A stretch of 57,578 nt of DNA from Verrucomicrobiales bacterium (lineage in GTDB: Bacteria; Verrucomicrobiota; Verrucomicrobiia; Limisphaerales; UBA9464). The stretch is taken from positions 1 through 57,578 of the forward strand of contig SXSK01000045.1 in NCBI GenBank assembly GCA_005793375.1. Reading direction: 5' to 3'. The translations under genes and the position numbers were made by a program. Below are positions 45,482-55,201 of the stretch, in pieces. The notes below the pieces were generated by a model. It ran no database searches. It was given only the letters and a program-made list of their open reading frames with translations, and was not told the origin of the DNA. Position 1 is the first letter of the stretch, and every line of letters starts with the position of its first letter.

Positions 45482-47974
45482 TCAGGCCAAAATACACTTC
45501 CGTTCGGGATCGTATAGAGATCGGAGGTGGATGCAGGCAGGGATGCGCTCGCCGTTCACCAGGATTTCATACTGACCACTCAGCACCCACTCGGAGGTCG
45601 CCCCAGCGGAATGTTTCACGTAGCCCATGCCGATACCACCACCGAACGTGTGACCGTAACTGCCGCTCGTGGTGTAGCCGACCGCCACGCCATCGCGGAA
45701 GATAGGTTCGCTGCCCCACAAGACTGGACCTGGATGTTTGAGCACGAATTGGGCGAGGCGTTTCCTAGGAGTCTCACTTCGCATTGGGAGCAAGGCATCG
45801 CGACCGATGAACGGTTTGTTCCAATCGATGGCGAAAGACAGTCCGGCTTCGATCGGCGTTTCGTCGGGGGACAATTCGGCTCCGAACGCGCGATACCCTT
45901 TCTCGAGGCGCAATGAATTGATGGCGTAATGACCCGCATGGACCACACCCAGGTCCTCGCCGGCGGTCCACAGCGCTTCGTACGCCGCGAGGCTCTGGTC
46001 GGCCGGGACGTGCAATTCCCAGCCCAGTTCCCCCACATACGTGAGACGCACCGCGCGCGCTGTCGCGAGTCCCACCGAAATCACCTGTGCTGTTCCGAAA
46101 GGAAACGCGGCATTGGACAGATCGGCATCCGTCACGCGCTGCAATAGCGTGCGTGCTTCGGGCCCCATGACGCCGATCACGCCGTGGCCCGCTGTGACGT
46201 CAATGACTTCCAGGGCTTCGCCGGCAAGTCGATGCCGATGGAGCCAATCGACATCGCGCCGGGCTTGAGTGGAGCCGGTAATGAGAAGGAACTCAGAGTG
46301 GCTGACTCGGACGACGGTGAGGTCGCTCTCAAAGGTGCCACGTTCGTTGAGCCAAGCCGTGTAAACGACGCGGCCAGGGGCCACATCGACGCCGTTGGCG
46401 CAAACTCGCTGTAGAAGCCCGACGGCATCCGCTCCCTTGACGAGGATTTTGGCGAAACTGCTCTGGTCGAAAAGGGCAACACGTTTGCGGCAGGCATGAT
46501 GTTCGGCTGCGTGATTGGCGAACCAATTTTGACGGCCCCAGCTGTAATCCATGCGGGCTTCCGTGGCACATGGCAATCCGTCGACATGGCCCGTCCTGGC
46601 GAACCAATTGGGCCGTTCCCACCCGGCGCGAATGCCAAAGCAGGCACCGGCGGCGGCGAGGCGCGCATGAAGCGGGCTGCGGCGAACATCGCGTGCGGTC
46701 TCAGGTTCACGGTTCGGCCAGGCCAATTGATAATGAAGTCCGAGGACTTCCACCACGCGTTGGCGGAGATACTCGCGATTGTTCGCCCACGGACTGAAGC
46801 GCCGGACATCGACACTCCAAAGGTCCATGCTCGGCGCGCCTTCGGCCATCCATTCGGCCAAGTATTTGCCGGCCCCACCGGCGCTGGCGATGCCCACGCT
46901 GTTGAAACCGGTGGCCACAAACAGACGTCGCAGCTCCGGCGTTTCCCCGAGAAGAAAATTATTGTCGGGCGTAAAACTTTCCGGGCCGTTGGTGAATTTG
47001 ACGAACTTGCAGTCTTTGAACGCCGGAATGCGATGGCGCGCATTCTTGAGCGGCTCGGCAAACTTGTCCCAATCATTCCCCAACAACTGGAACGAAAAAT
47101 CATCCGGGACGCGGTCGACCATCCAAGGTTTGGACGCGGCTTGAAACGCCCCGAGCAACACGGCGTTTCCTTCACCTCGGAAGTAGAGACACAGATCGGG
47201 GTCGCGACCGACGGGCAACTCGTCGAACGCGCCGTCAATGGTTTCCGAGAGGAGATGATGATGTTCCACTGGCCAGAGGGGCAGCGTGACGCCGCAACCC
47301 AACGCCAGCTGGCGGCTCCACATGCCACCGGTCAGCACGACAAAATCCGCGGTAAGCGTGGTCACGTCCGAGGGCTGGACGGCGGGGGCAATCTTCACAC
47401 CGTTGGCGCGGCCATGGGCATGCAAAATTTCGAGCACACGAACTCCTTCGAGTATCTGAACCCCGCGTTGGCGGGCACCCTTGGCAAGGGCGAGAGTGAC
47501 TTCCTTCGGGACCAGTTTGCCGTCGTGCGGCAACCAAGCGGCCCCCAGCAGATCATCGATGCGCAACAAGGGCCATCGTTCCAACGCTTCGGCAGCGGAG
47601 ATCAAGTGGCTTTCGACCCCAAACAATTCCGCCATGGCCATAGTGCGGCGCAATTGGATCAGGCGATCTTGGGATTTGGCGACGATCAACGAACCCACTT
47701 GTTTCCATCCGACGCCATGTCCGGTTTCTTGCTCCAGACGCGCATACAATTCGGCGCTATACTTGTTGATCGTGGTGAGGCTGTTCGAAGTGCGGAGACG
47801 CCCGACCAGTCCGGCGGCATGCCATGTGGTACCACCCGCGAGAGCCGACTGTTCCAGCACGACGATGTCGTTCCAGCCCAATTGGGCGAGATGATAAGCG
47901 ACACTGCATCCGACAATGCCACCGCCGACGATGACCACTCGGGATTGGGTAGGAATTGGCTGGTTCATAGACAT
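45482..47974 (-). CDS. GcvT-family FAD-dependent oxidoreductase (dimethylglycine/sarcosine dehydrogenase-like)
   Basis: VVIVGGGIVG, GTTWHAAGL, NGPESFTPD, GWERPNWF, TYVGELGWELH, SLRLEKGYR, YDPE. Start 47974 or 47968. Confidence 0.92.
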   Translation of the reverse strand: MSMNQPIPTQSRVVIVGGGIVGCSVAYHLAQLGWNDIVVLEQSALAGGTTWHAAGLVGRLRTSNSLTTINKYSAELYARLEQETGHGVGWKQVGSLIVAKSQDRLIQLRRTMAMAELFGVESHLISAAEALERWPLLRIDDLLGAAWLPHDGKLVPKEVTLALAKGARQRGVQILEGVRVLEILHAHGRANGVKIAPAVQPSDVTTLTADFVVLTGGMWSRQLALGCGVTLPLWPVEHHHLLSETIDGAFDELPVGRDPDLCLYFRGEGNAVLLGAFQAASKPWMVDRVPDDFSFQLLGNDWDKFAEPLKNARHRIPAFKDCKFVKFTNGPESFTPDNNFLLGETPELRRLFVATGFNSVGIASAGGAGKYLAEWMAEGAPSMDLWSVDVRRFSPWANNREYLRQRVVEVLGLHYQLAWPNREPETARDVRRSPLHARLAAAGACFGIRAGWERPNWFARTGHVDGLPCATEARMDYSWGRQNWFANHAAEHHACRKRVALFDQSSFAKILVKGADAVGLLQRVCANGVDVAPGRVVYTAWLNERGTFESDLTVVRVSHSEFLLITGSTQARRDVDWLHRHRLAGEALEVIDVTAGHGVIGVMGPEARTLLQRVTDADLSNAAFPFGTAQVISVGLATARAVRLTYVGELGWELHVPADQSLAAYEALWTAGEDLGVVHAGHYAINSLRLEKGYRAFGAELSPDETPIEAGLSFAIDWNKPFIGRDALLPMRSETPRKRLAQFVLKHPGPVLWGSEPIFRDGVAVGYTTSGSYGHTFGGGIGMGYVKHSAGATSEWVLSGQYEILVNGERIPACIHLRSLYDPERKCILA

Positions 47975-48105
47975 CAATGGGCGAGGACGGTATCGGAGGC
48001 TGGAAAAGCGACAAGTCGCCAGTGATGGCGATCGGGTAGAAGCCGTGCGCACTTCGAAACACTTTCCCATTCGCCCTCTGGCAGGTCTGTGATTGACTCG
48101 TGGCG

Positions 48106-50010
48106 ATGAAGCTTGCGTGTCGTTGTCTCCTGTTATGGATGCTTTGCGTCAAGGTGGTGGTCGCCGAATCGAAGAATGACCGGTCGGGGCCTGCATTGTT
48201 GAAAACCGATATTCTGGGAGTTTTTGCCCATCCGGACGACGAAACCGGCATGGCAGCTACATTGGCTTATTATGCACGGGGTCGTGGGAAGGTGGTTTCA
48301 ACCATTTACTGCACGCGTGGAGAAGGCGGTGGAAACATGGTGGGCACCCATTGGGGACCCGCCTTGGGAGTGTTGCGTGAAGTCGAACTGCGGGACTGCC
48401 TGGGTCGGCTCGGCGTTCGGCAAGCTTTTTTCTTGGATCGCGAAGATTTTGGGTACACGGAGAACCTGGACTTTACTTTTGAACACTGGGGCAAGGACGA
48501 GACGTTGCGGCGACTGGTGCGCCTCGTTCGAGCCCTCAGGCCGGAGGTGATTCTCACCATGAATCCAGCGCCGAGTTCAGGCCAACATGGCAATCATCAA
48601 GCGGCAGCGATACTGGCCATTGAAGCAGTTGACGCCGCCGCCAATCCGGAGCGGTATCCGGAACAGTTGCAACAGGAAGGGCTCGGAATTTGGCGTCCGC
48701 GCAAGTTGTATATCACGGATCGAAGCCAGGGTGGGACGACAATCGACCTGACAACGCCCTTGCCAGGGGGTGAAACACCCGTGCGGATCGCGGCTCTGGC
48801 GTTGGCGAATCATCGATCCCAGGGCTTTGGTGGCATGGTGGAGTCACCCTGGTTCCGACGCATGACCAACCAGACATTCACCTTGGTGAAGTCCGTGGTC
48901 CCCTTCGATTCAACGGAAACCGACCTCATGCGCGGCCTTCCGGTGATGGGAGAGACGCCGGAACGGGTTTATCTTGAGACGAATGGTAATTCGGCATTGA
49001 CGCTCCGGTTCGCGCCAAGTGAAGCCGTGGTCAACTACTGGCGCTGGTGTCGGGCGGAGCGCGTCGAGAACATCCTGGCGGATTTCGAGCCGGAGTTCGC
49101 AATGGCGGTTGGCGAGGAAGGGCTGGCATTTTTGGACTTGGGAAATCGAGCATCCAAGGGTGCAGGCGTCCGATTGCGCTTCAAGGTGCCCGACGGTTGG
49201 CAGGTGAAACCGGACGACCTAGTGGCGCGTTTTTCACCGCGTCCCGGAACCATACTCCCAGTCGCCGTGACACCCCCTGCAACCGCGAAGTCTGGGGATT
49301 CTATCGAGGTGACTGGCACCACGGAACAAGGCGAATTGAGCGCGACTGGCACGCTTCGTATCCTGCCGACGGCGCGGGCGCGGCGGGTGACCACACCCTT
49401 GTCGGTAACGGAAAAGGATGGTTGGAGCGCGTTACCTATGGTTGAAATCTCGCAGACTCATCTGTGGCAGGGCCATGTAGCGTCTGTGGCAGATTCCAGT
49501 GCCACCGTGCGACTGGGTCACGATGACCAGTACATTTACGCGGAAATTGCGGTTCGGGACGACCGGGTGGTCAGCAACATTGAGCCCAACGACATTCGTG
49601 GGCATTGGCGCAGCGATTCGGTGGAATTGTGTTTCGATCCTCACCAGGCATCGGATCATACCTTTATCTGCTATAAACTGGGGATTTTCCCGTTCGACAC
49701 CCGTGGTAACGTGCGGGCGGCGCGGGACGCAGATGCGCAGCCGGGCTTGGTGGAGAAAACCGCGCCGGGTACTCGATTGGCCTCGGAACGAACGCCGGAC
49801 GGCTATCTCATTCGAGCTGCGGTACCGATATCTGAAGTTGGCCTCGATTACCCGCGATCCAAGCGCTTAGGATTTAACGTGCTCATTTACGATGGAGACA
49901 AGGAAGGGGCGGCTCCAGGCGAGAACATCAATAAGTCCCGGTTGGCTTGGTCGCCACGTCCTGGCGTCCAAGGGCGTCCGAGTGATTGGGGACGGCTAAT
50001 CTTGGAGTAA
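48106..50010 (+). CDS. Secreted PIG-L-family deacetylase with a C-terminal CBM9-like sugar-binding domain
   Basis: AHPDDE, TRGEGGGN, RALRPEVILT, GQHGNHQAA, HRSQGF; C-terminal V.DD...WRSDSVELCFD...LGFNVLIYDGD. Confidence 0.88.
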   Translation: MKLACRCLLLWMLCVKVVVAESKNDRSGPALLKTDILGVFAHPDDETGMAATLAYYARGRGKVVSTIYCTRGEGGGNMVGTHWGPALGVLREVELRDCLGRLGVRQAFFLDREDFGYTENLDFTFEHWGKDETLRRLVRLVRALRPEVILTMNPAPSSGQHGNHQAAAILAIEAVDAAANPERYPEQLQQEGLGIWRPRKLYITDRSQGGTTIDLTTPLPGGETPVRIAALALANHRSQGFGGMVESPWFRRMTNQTFTLVKSVVPFDSTETDLMRGLPVMGETPERVYLETNGNSALTLRFAPSEAVVNYWRWCRAERVENILADFEPEFAMAVGEEGLAFLDLGNRASKGAGVRLRFKVPDGWQVKPDDLVARFSPRPGTILPVAVTPPATAKSGDSIEVTGTTEQGELSATGTLRILPTARARRVTTPLSVTEKDGWSALPMVEISQTHLWQGHVASVADSSATVRLGHDDQYIYAEIAVRDDRVVSNIEPNDIRGHWRSDSVELCFDPHQASDHTFICYKLGIFPFDTRGNVRAARDADAQPGLVEKTAPGTRLASERTPDGYLIRAAVPISEVGLDYPRSKRLGFNVLIYDGDKEGAAPGENINKSRLAWSPRPGVQGRPSDWGRLILE

Positions 50011-50036
50011 GCTGGAAGACGCCATGCAGGCAACAC

Positions 50037-50066
50037 TTTGGAGTGCGGCAGGAACTGCCGCTTTCT
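50037..50066. repeat. REP-like palindromic unit
   Basis: TTTGGAGTGCGGCAGGAACTGCCGCTTTCT with internal stem GCGGCAG/CTGCCGC; 26/30 identical to 33501-33530. Confidence 0.65.
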
Positions 50067-50107
50067 CCTGACGCATCGCTGAACCCAAGAGAAGTCCGCT
50101 CGAGCTG

Positions 50108-50150
50108 AAAAAGCAAATGACACGTGGAACGTCGGAAGTTCCGCGTGTCA
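50108..50150 (-). terminator. Intrinsic terminator of greA
   Basis: 13-bp stem TGACACGTGGAAC/GTTCCGCGTGTCA (one imperfect pair) at 50118-50150, followed on the minus strand by TTTGCTTTTT. Confidence 0.75.
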
Positions 50151-50191
50151 ATTCTGACTCTAACCTGTGGGCCGCGGACCGAGGTCGGGCT

Positions 50192-52018
50192 TTATTGGGC
50201 TGCCGCGCTGCGGCAAGGCTGAATCGAATCGATTCGGAGCCGCCGTTTTTGGCCATCGCCTTCAAAAACGACTTCGGCGCCCACCGGCTTGTTGATAAAG
50301 ATCTGAGCCAAGGGGGTGAGGTAGCTCAAGATGTTCTTTTCAGGGTTTCCGTCCCAAGCGCCGAGAAGCGCGTAGGTGAACTGCTGGCCAATGTTCAGAT
50401 CCGTGACCAGGATGACAGTACCCGGGGCAGCGACGTCGGTGCGGGGGTTGGCGAAATCGGTGCCGCGAGCGCGTGCGAGTTGGCTTTCGAGTTCGTGTTT
50501 GCGGCGGCTGAGGACGCGCTGCGTTTCCTTGGCCGACTTGTACTCATGATTTTCGCGGAGATCGCCATAGCTGCGAGCCAGCGCGATGTCGCGGGAATTC
50601 GCGGGAATCGTCTTGTTGACCATCTCGTCGTACTCCGCTTTGCGGCGCTCGAGGCTTTCCCAGGAGACGAGAAACGAGTTGTCCTCGCGCTTTTGATCTC
50701 CGGTGATCATCCGCTGGACTGCCGGGTAGGCTTTGACAATGCGGGCGAGAAGGGAGCGCTTCTCCATATCATCGAACGCCGGTGACAACTGAAGGGTGCG
50801 GGTCAAATCCTTGATGATTTCGATATCCGCGGACTCAATGAGTTCGGGGAGCAAGTCGTGGTCGCTGAGGATGAAATCGTGAAGGCGGTTCGACTTCTTT
50901 TCGTTGAACGCGTCCCGTTCCATGGCGGTGAGCATGGCGCGGAAGACTTCGGGCGTCAGGATATCGGCGAACGTGTCGCTCCGTTCCTTGCCGAACCAGA
51001 GGAGTAATTCGCTGCTGGCGCCGTGCTGGCTGACCAGGCGTTGGATTGTATCCTTAAGCAGTTGAGTTTTGCCCTCCTGCATGAGGAGTTTACAGCATTC
51101 GCCGCACAATTTGGCGGGGACGCTATTCAGGATTCCCACCAATTGAACGGCCCACTCGGCGTTGTGTGCCTTCATGGACTCCAGCGCGCGGCGATGTTTA
51201 GCCGCCGGCAATTCTTCCAGGAAGGTATGGAGCCGGGGATTTTGACCCCAAATGGCGGCTTCATTGGCCTCGCCCTCTTCGGTTGGAGCTCCGAGGGCGC
51301 TGCGGACGTCGTCGCGGGCGAAGATAGCCTCCAACGCGACTGAGGGCATGGTGTTCAGGTGGGCCTGGATCTCCGCGTTTAGTCCTGAGATGACTTCCGT
51401 GGCGACGGCGGCCTTATCAGGGATATCGGTGGCGCTTTTGGCGACTTCGGCGGCCACGGCCAAGCGGGCTTTCAGGCCGCGTGCGGCTCGGAACTCCGCC
51501 AGGAGACGTTGCTGAACCGTAACCTCCTGGGCTATGTAAACGATCTGCTCACTTTTCTTGGCTGGCACCTGAAAGTGGCCATCCTTTTTCATCTCAATGC
51601 GGGCCGTCTCCCACCATTTCTTCCAGTCGGAACCAATAACATCGGGCACCAGGACCTGTTGGATTTGATCGGCACTGGCATGCCCGCCGAAGTTCTGAAT
51701 GACGAGTTTGACGACGGCCAGATGATTTCGGGCGGCTTCCTGCTTTAAGCCGGCGAGGTCGTTGGCCTTTCGGGCCAAAACATGGTCGCGCCCAATGGGT
51801 TTCAACCATTCCGCAGCGAAGGCCAGGTCCATACCATGACCTGCCTTCCCGGTAAAATCGATGGTGAGTCGACCGAGGATGCCATCCAGGGTCTTAACTT
51901 TGCCAAAGCCCCAACCTTTGTGCAGGCAATACCCTTGCTGCACAATGGCCAGCAACGGCTCAATATGTCTCTGCTGGATTTTTCCAGCAGTAACCAATTT
52001 CTCAAGTTCCTCTCTCAT
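50192..52018 (-). CDS. greA: Long-form transcription elongation factor GreA (N-terminal extension of ~450 aa)
   Basis: C-terminal ARSYGDLRENHEYKSAKE and LLGAWD...ILSYLTPLAQ; N-terminal HKGWGFGKV...WKKWWETAR. Start MREELEK at ATG 52018. Confidence 0.9.
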   Translation of the reverse strand: MREELEKLVTAGKIQQRHIEPLLAIVQQGYCLHKGWGFGKVKTLDGILGRLTIDFTGKAGHGMDLAFAAEWLKPIGRDHVLARKANDLAGLKQEAARNHLAVVKLVIQNFGGHASADQIQQVLVPDVIGSDWKKWWETARIEMKKDGHFQVPAKKSEQIVYIAQEVTVQQRLLAEFRAARGLKARLAVAAEVAKSATDIPDKAAVATEVISGLNAEIQAHLNTMPSVALEAIFARDDVRSALGAPTEEGEANEAAIWGQNPRLHTFLEELPAAKHRRALESMKAHNAEWAVQLVGILNSVPAKLCGECCKLLMQEGKTQLLKDTIQRLVSQHGASSELLLWFGKERSDTFADILTPEVFRAMLTAMERDAFNEKKSNRLHDFILSDHDLLPELIESADIEIIKDLTRTLQLSPAFDDMEKRSLLARIVKAYPAVQRMITGDQKREDNSFLVSWESLERRKAEYDEMVNKTIPANSRDIALARSYGDLRENHEYKSAKETQRVLSRRKHELESQLARARGTDFANPRTDVAAPGTVILVTDLNIGQQFTYALLGAWDGNPEKNILSYLTPLAQIFINKPVGAEVVFEGDGQKRRLRIDSIQPCRSAAAQ

Positions 52019-52056
52019 GACAAAAATCAATGCTCGCTTCAGACTCGCGCGTAGCA

Positions 52057-53382
52057 ATGAGCGGCGCTCAGTATGCGCCTGTGACAGGCCTCAAACCAAG
52101 AGAATTTGCCGCGCGTTCGTTGCTCGATGCCGAACGCCCCGGTGATTTCATCGAACATCGTATCGAATTTCAGCCCGGATGGGACCACTTAAGTGACCCC
52201 GATCGGCGCCTTGCCCAAGAGCTGATTTTCGGTGTCACACGCTGGCGTCGAACCCTGGATTGGCTGATTCAGCGCAAGTCGGATGACCGCCCACAGCGGC
52301 CCGAGATTCTCGCAATTCTGCGGCTTGGACTGTATCAACTCTTTTGGCTGGATAGGGTTCCCGCGCATGCAGCGGTGGATTGTTCCGTCGAATTGGCCCG
52401 AGTTCTAGGCGTTGAGCGCCAATCGGGTTTCATTAACGCCCTCTTGCGGGGTTATGTGCGGCAGCATGAGGTGACTCGCCGCGAATGCATGGACTTGAAG
52501 CGTCGGGACCCCGCTCTGGGATGGTCTCACCCCACCTGGTTGGTGGAACGCTGGCAACAACGCTGGCCGGAGGCGTTTTTGGCGCTTTTAGAATGGAATA
52601 ACACCCCGCCGCCCACCTACGCCCGCGTCAATACCCTGCGAGTAACCTCCGCCAAACTGCAGGAACAGTGGCGTGATGAAGGGCTTATTGTAGAAAATTT
52701 TAGTCGGGATTGGATCGAAGAAGGCCAGGTTTTCGCGCTGCTTTCGCATCCACCATTGACCACCCTGCCCAGTTTTCGAAATGGAGGCTTCTACATACAG
52801 GACCCCAGCACCTTGTTGGCGGTGCGGGAATTGGATCCCCAACCCGAGGAACGCATTCTGGACCTCTGCTCCGCGCCGGGTGGCAAAACCACGTTGATCG
52901 CTCAACACCTTCAAAACCGCGGGCGCATTGTCGCCCACGACAATCATCCGGAGCGACTCGACTTGGTTCGTGAAAACTGCTTACGACTCGGTATTCATTG
53001 TGTGGAAGTGCAACCCAAGCCTCCCTCTGAGGAGGCCCGGTTCGACCGCGTCCTGGTGGATGCGCCGTGTTCGAACACAGGGGTTTTGCGCCGCCGAATT
53101 GAATTGCGCTGGCGATTGAGTCTTGAGGATGTGACGGCATTGGCGGCGGAGCAGTTGGGCCTGCTGGAACGAGCAGCCCAATGGGTCCGGCCCGGGGGGC
53201 TCCTGGTTTACAGTACTTGCAGTCTTGAACCCGAAGAAAATGCCGGAGTGATCGATTCCTTCCTGGAGCGCCATTTGGAGTTCGATCTCGATCGGGAACG
53301 CGATCTGATCCCCACACGGGATGGGGTGGATGGGGCTTACGTGGCCCGTCTCATTTCCACGGCCCATCCTCGGACGTCGTGA
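52057..53382 (+). CDS. rsmB: 16S rRNA m5C967 methyltransferase RsmB/Sun
   Basis: NusB-like N-domain (ILRLGLYQL, GFINALLR), WSHPTWL, IQDPS, LDLCSAPGGKT, VDAPCSNTG, YSTCS. Start uncertain (52030, 52057 or 52081). Confidence 0.92.
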   Translation: MSGAQYAPVTGLKPREFAARSLLDAERPGDFIEHRIEFQPGWDHLSDPDRRLAQELIFGVTRWRRTLDWLIQRKSDDRPQRPEILAILRLGLYQLFWLDRVPAHAAVDCSVELARVLGVERQSGFINALLRGYVRQHEVTRRECMDLKRRDPALGWSHPTWLVERWQQRWPEAFLALLEWNNTPPPTYARVNTLRVTSAKLQEQWRDEGLIVENFSRDWIEEGQVFALLSHPPLTTLPSFRNGGFYIQDPSTLLAVRELDPQPEERILDLCSAPGGKTTLIAQHLQNRGRIVAHDNHPERLDLVRENCLRLGIHCVEVQPKPPSEEARFDRVLVDAPCSNTGVLRRRIELRWRLSLEDVTALAAEQLGLLERAAQWVRPGGLLVYSTCSLEPEENAGVIDSFLERHLEFDLDRERDLIPTRDGVDGAYVARLISTAHPRTS

Positions 53383-53460
53383 TTTATCCGTCCACCAGGC
53401 TTCAACTGAGTCGTGGATTGCCCTAGTCTGGGGGGCGTGCCGAGAAACACTAGCGCGCCA

Positions 53461-54303
53461 ATGTCCCGTGGAGAGTCCTCTCCAACGGGCAGATCGCGTT
53501 TGGTTTGGTTCCGATCGATCAACATTTCCCTGGCTCGCTATGTGATCCAGGGCTTGGAAACCATTCAACGCATCGGGGCGTTCACCCTGATCGCGCTTGG
53601 CACCACCATTACCAAGTGGAATGTCGCCCGCCATGTGGTTCGTCCTTTGATTCGCGAGCAGATTGCTCGAGCCGGGGTGCGGTTACTACCCATCGTCGGG
53701 TTTCTTGGGCTGGCCTTGGGCTTTGTGATCGTCGGACAGACCGTTGCGTTGCTGTCACGCGTCGGTGCCACGAATCTCACGGGGACACTGATGGTCAGCG
53801 CCGTGGTGCGAGAGTTGGGGCCATTGGTCGCCGCATTGATTGTGCTGGCCCGCGTTGGGACGGCGACGGTGATCGAGTTGGGGACGGCGCGGGCCATGGG
53901 TGAGGTTGAAGCCCTGGAAGCCCTGGGAATTGATCCCATCCACTACCTCGTCGTGCCCAGACTCATCGGAATGACCCTCTCCATCTTCATGCTGACGGTG
54001 TATATCATTATCGTCACGCTGGTCAGCGGCTTCGGTTTTTCTTTCCTGCAAAGTGTCAGCCTCATTTCATCGGATTACTTCCAGCAAATTGCCGCGGCAT
54101 TGCGGTGGACGGATTTTGTATTTCTCGGATTAAAATCGGTGGCCTACGGAACGTTGACATCGCTGATCATTTGTTATCATGGGCTCGCCCAGCCCATTCG
54201 GCTGGAAGAAGTCTCGGAGGCCACCACGCGCACAGTGGCCCAATGCGTCATCGCCTGCGTGGCCATCGATGCCCTGTTCATCTTGGTTTACCTGCTGGTC
54301 TGA
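53461..54303 (+). CDS. mlaE: MlaE-family ABC permease
   Basis: VRELGPLVAALIVLARVGTA...ELGTARAMGEVEALEALGIDPIHYLVVPR, ATTRTV. Confidence 0.92.
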   Translation: MSRGESSPTGRSRLVWFRSINISLARYVIQGLETIQRIGAFTLIALGTTITKWNVARHVVRPLIREQIARAGVRLLPIVGFLGLALGFVIVGQTVALLSRVGATNLTGTLMVSAVVRELGPLVAALIVLARVGTATVIELGTARAMGEVEALEALGIDPIHYLVVPRLIGMTLSIFMLTVYIIIVTLVSGFGFSFLQSVSLISSDYFQQIAAALRWTDFVFLGLKSVAYGTLTSLIICYHGLAQPIRLEEVSEATTRTVAQCVIACVAIDALFILVYLLV

Positions 54304-54318
54304 CCCTGGAGTTTCGCT

Positions 54319-55104
54319 ATGAATACCGAGGACGAACCACCCCAAGCCGTGATTGAGCTGAGTGCGGTTTCCGTGGGGCATCCGCGCTCGCCGGAGACCG
54401 CGCTATTGGAGTCGGTGGATTGGCGGGTCATGCCCGGAGAATTCTGGGTGGTGACAGGGATGCAAGGATCCGGAAAAACCGCCCTCTTGGAAACCGCCGC
54501 AGGGCTGCATCCTTTTCAGACCGGCACCTTGAAACTATTCGGCCATACCGTCACCGGCACGGAGGGGGACGAGTTCAAGCACCAGCGCCGTCGTCTTGGG
54601 GTCGTTTTTGAGGGTTCTGGACGGCTTTTTCATCCATTGACGGTGGCCGAAAATGTTGCGTTGCCGTTGCGGTACTACCGCGATGGAACTTTGGAGGACG
54701 TGTCGGAAGAGGTGATACCGTTGTTGGAATTGATGGGACTCCAGGGGATGGCGAACGTGCCCTCAGGCCGGTTGAGTCGGGCTTGGGCGCAGCGGGTAGC
54801 CCTGGCGCGTGCGTTGGTGTTGAAGCCGGAAGTGCTCTTCCTTGACAATCCCCTGGCGGGAATGGATGTCCAGCACGTCCGATGGTGGCGCCAGTTCATA
54901 CACCAGTTGTCCTTGGGGCACCCCCAGTTTCATGCCAAGCCCATGACATTGGTGGCGGCCTGTGATGACCCGCGGCCTTGGTTAGAGCTGGGGCATCAGT
55001 TTGTGCTCGCGCATGAGCGGCACTGGCGTTTGTTGGGGACGCGGGCAGATGTGCTGGCGAACCGTGAAGCCCTGGTCCGGGAGATAACCGATGCGATCTT
55101 TTGA
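54319..55104 (+). CDS. mlaF: MlaF-like ABC ATP-binding subunit with degenerate catalytic motifs
   Basis: Walker A GMQGSGKT, LTVAENVALPL, QRVALARAL. However, the signature reads LSRAW, Walker B reads LFLDNP, and the H-loop His is absent. Confidence 0.8.
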   Translation: MNTEDEPPQAVIELSAVSVGHPRSPETALLESVDWRVMPGEFWVVTGMQGSGKTALLETAAGLHPFQTGTLKLFGHTVTGTEGDEFKHQRRRLGVVFEGSGRLFHPLTVAENVALPLRYYRDGTLEDVSEEVIPLLELMGLQGMANVPSGRLSRAWAQRVALARALVLKPEVLFLDNPLAGMDVQHVRWWRQFIHQLSLGHPQFHAKPMTLVAACDDPRPWLELGHQFVLAHERHWRLLGTRADVLANREALVREITDAIF

Positions 55105-55201
55105 ACGCGATGCCGCATCCATTCATCGACTCCATGATTTTGGAGCTTGGTACACCCCCGCCGATCCGGCATAGCCTTATCGGGACTTACTAAGCATCGA
55201 G

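Noticed and set aside
46496-48025. 509-aa plus-strand ORF (and the 383-aa alternate-frame ORF 46177-47328)
   Set aside because: Shadow frames of the GC-rich GcvT-family gene; no recognisable motifs.
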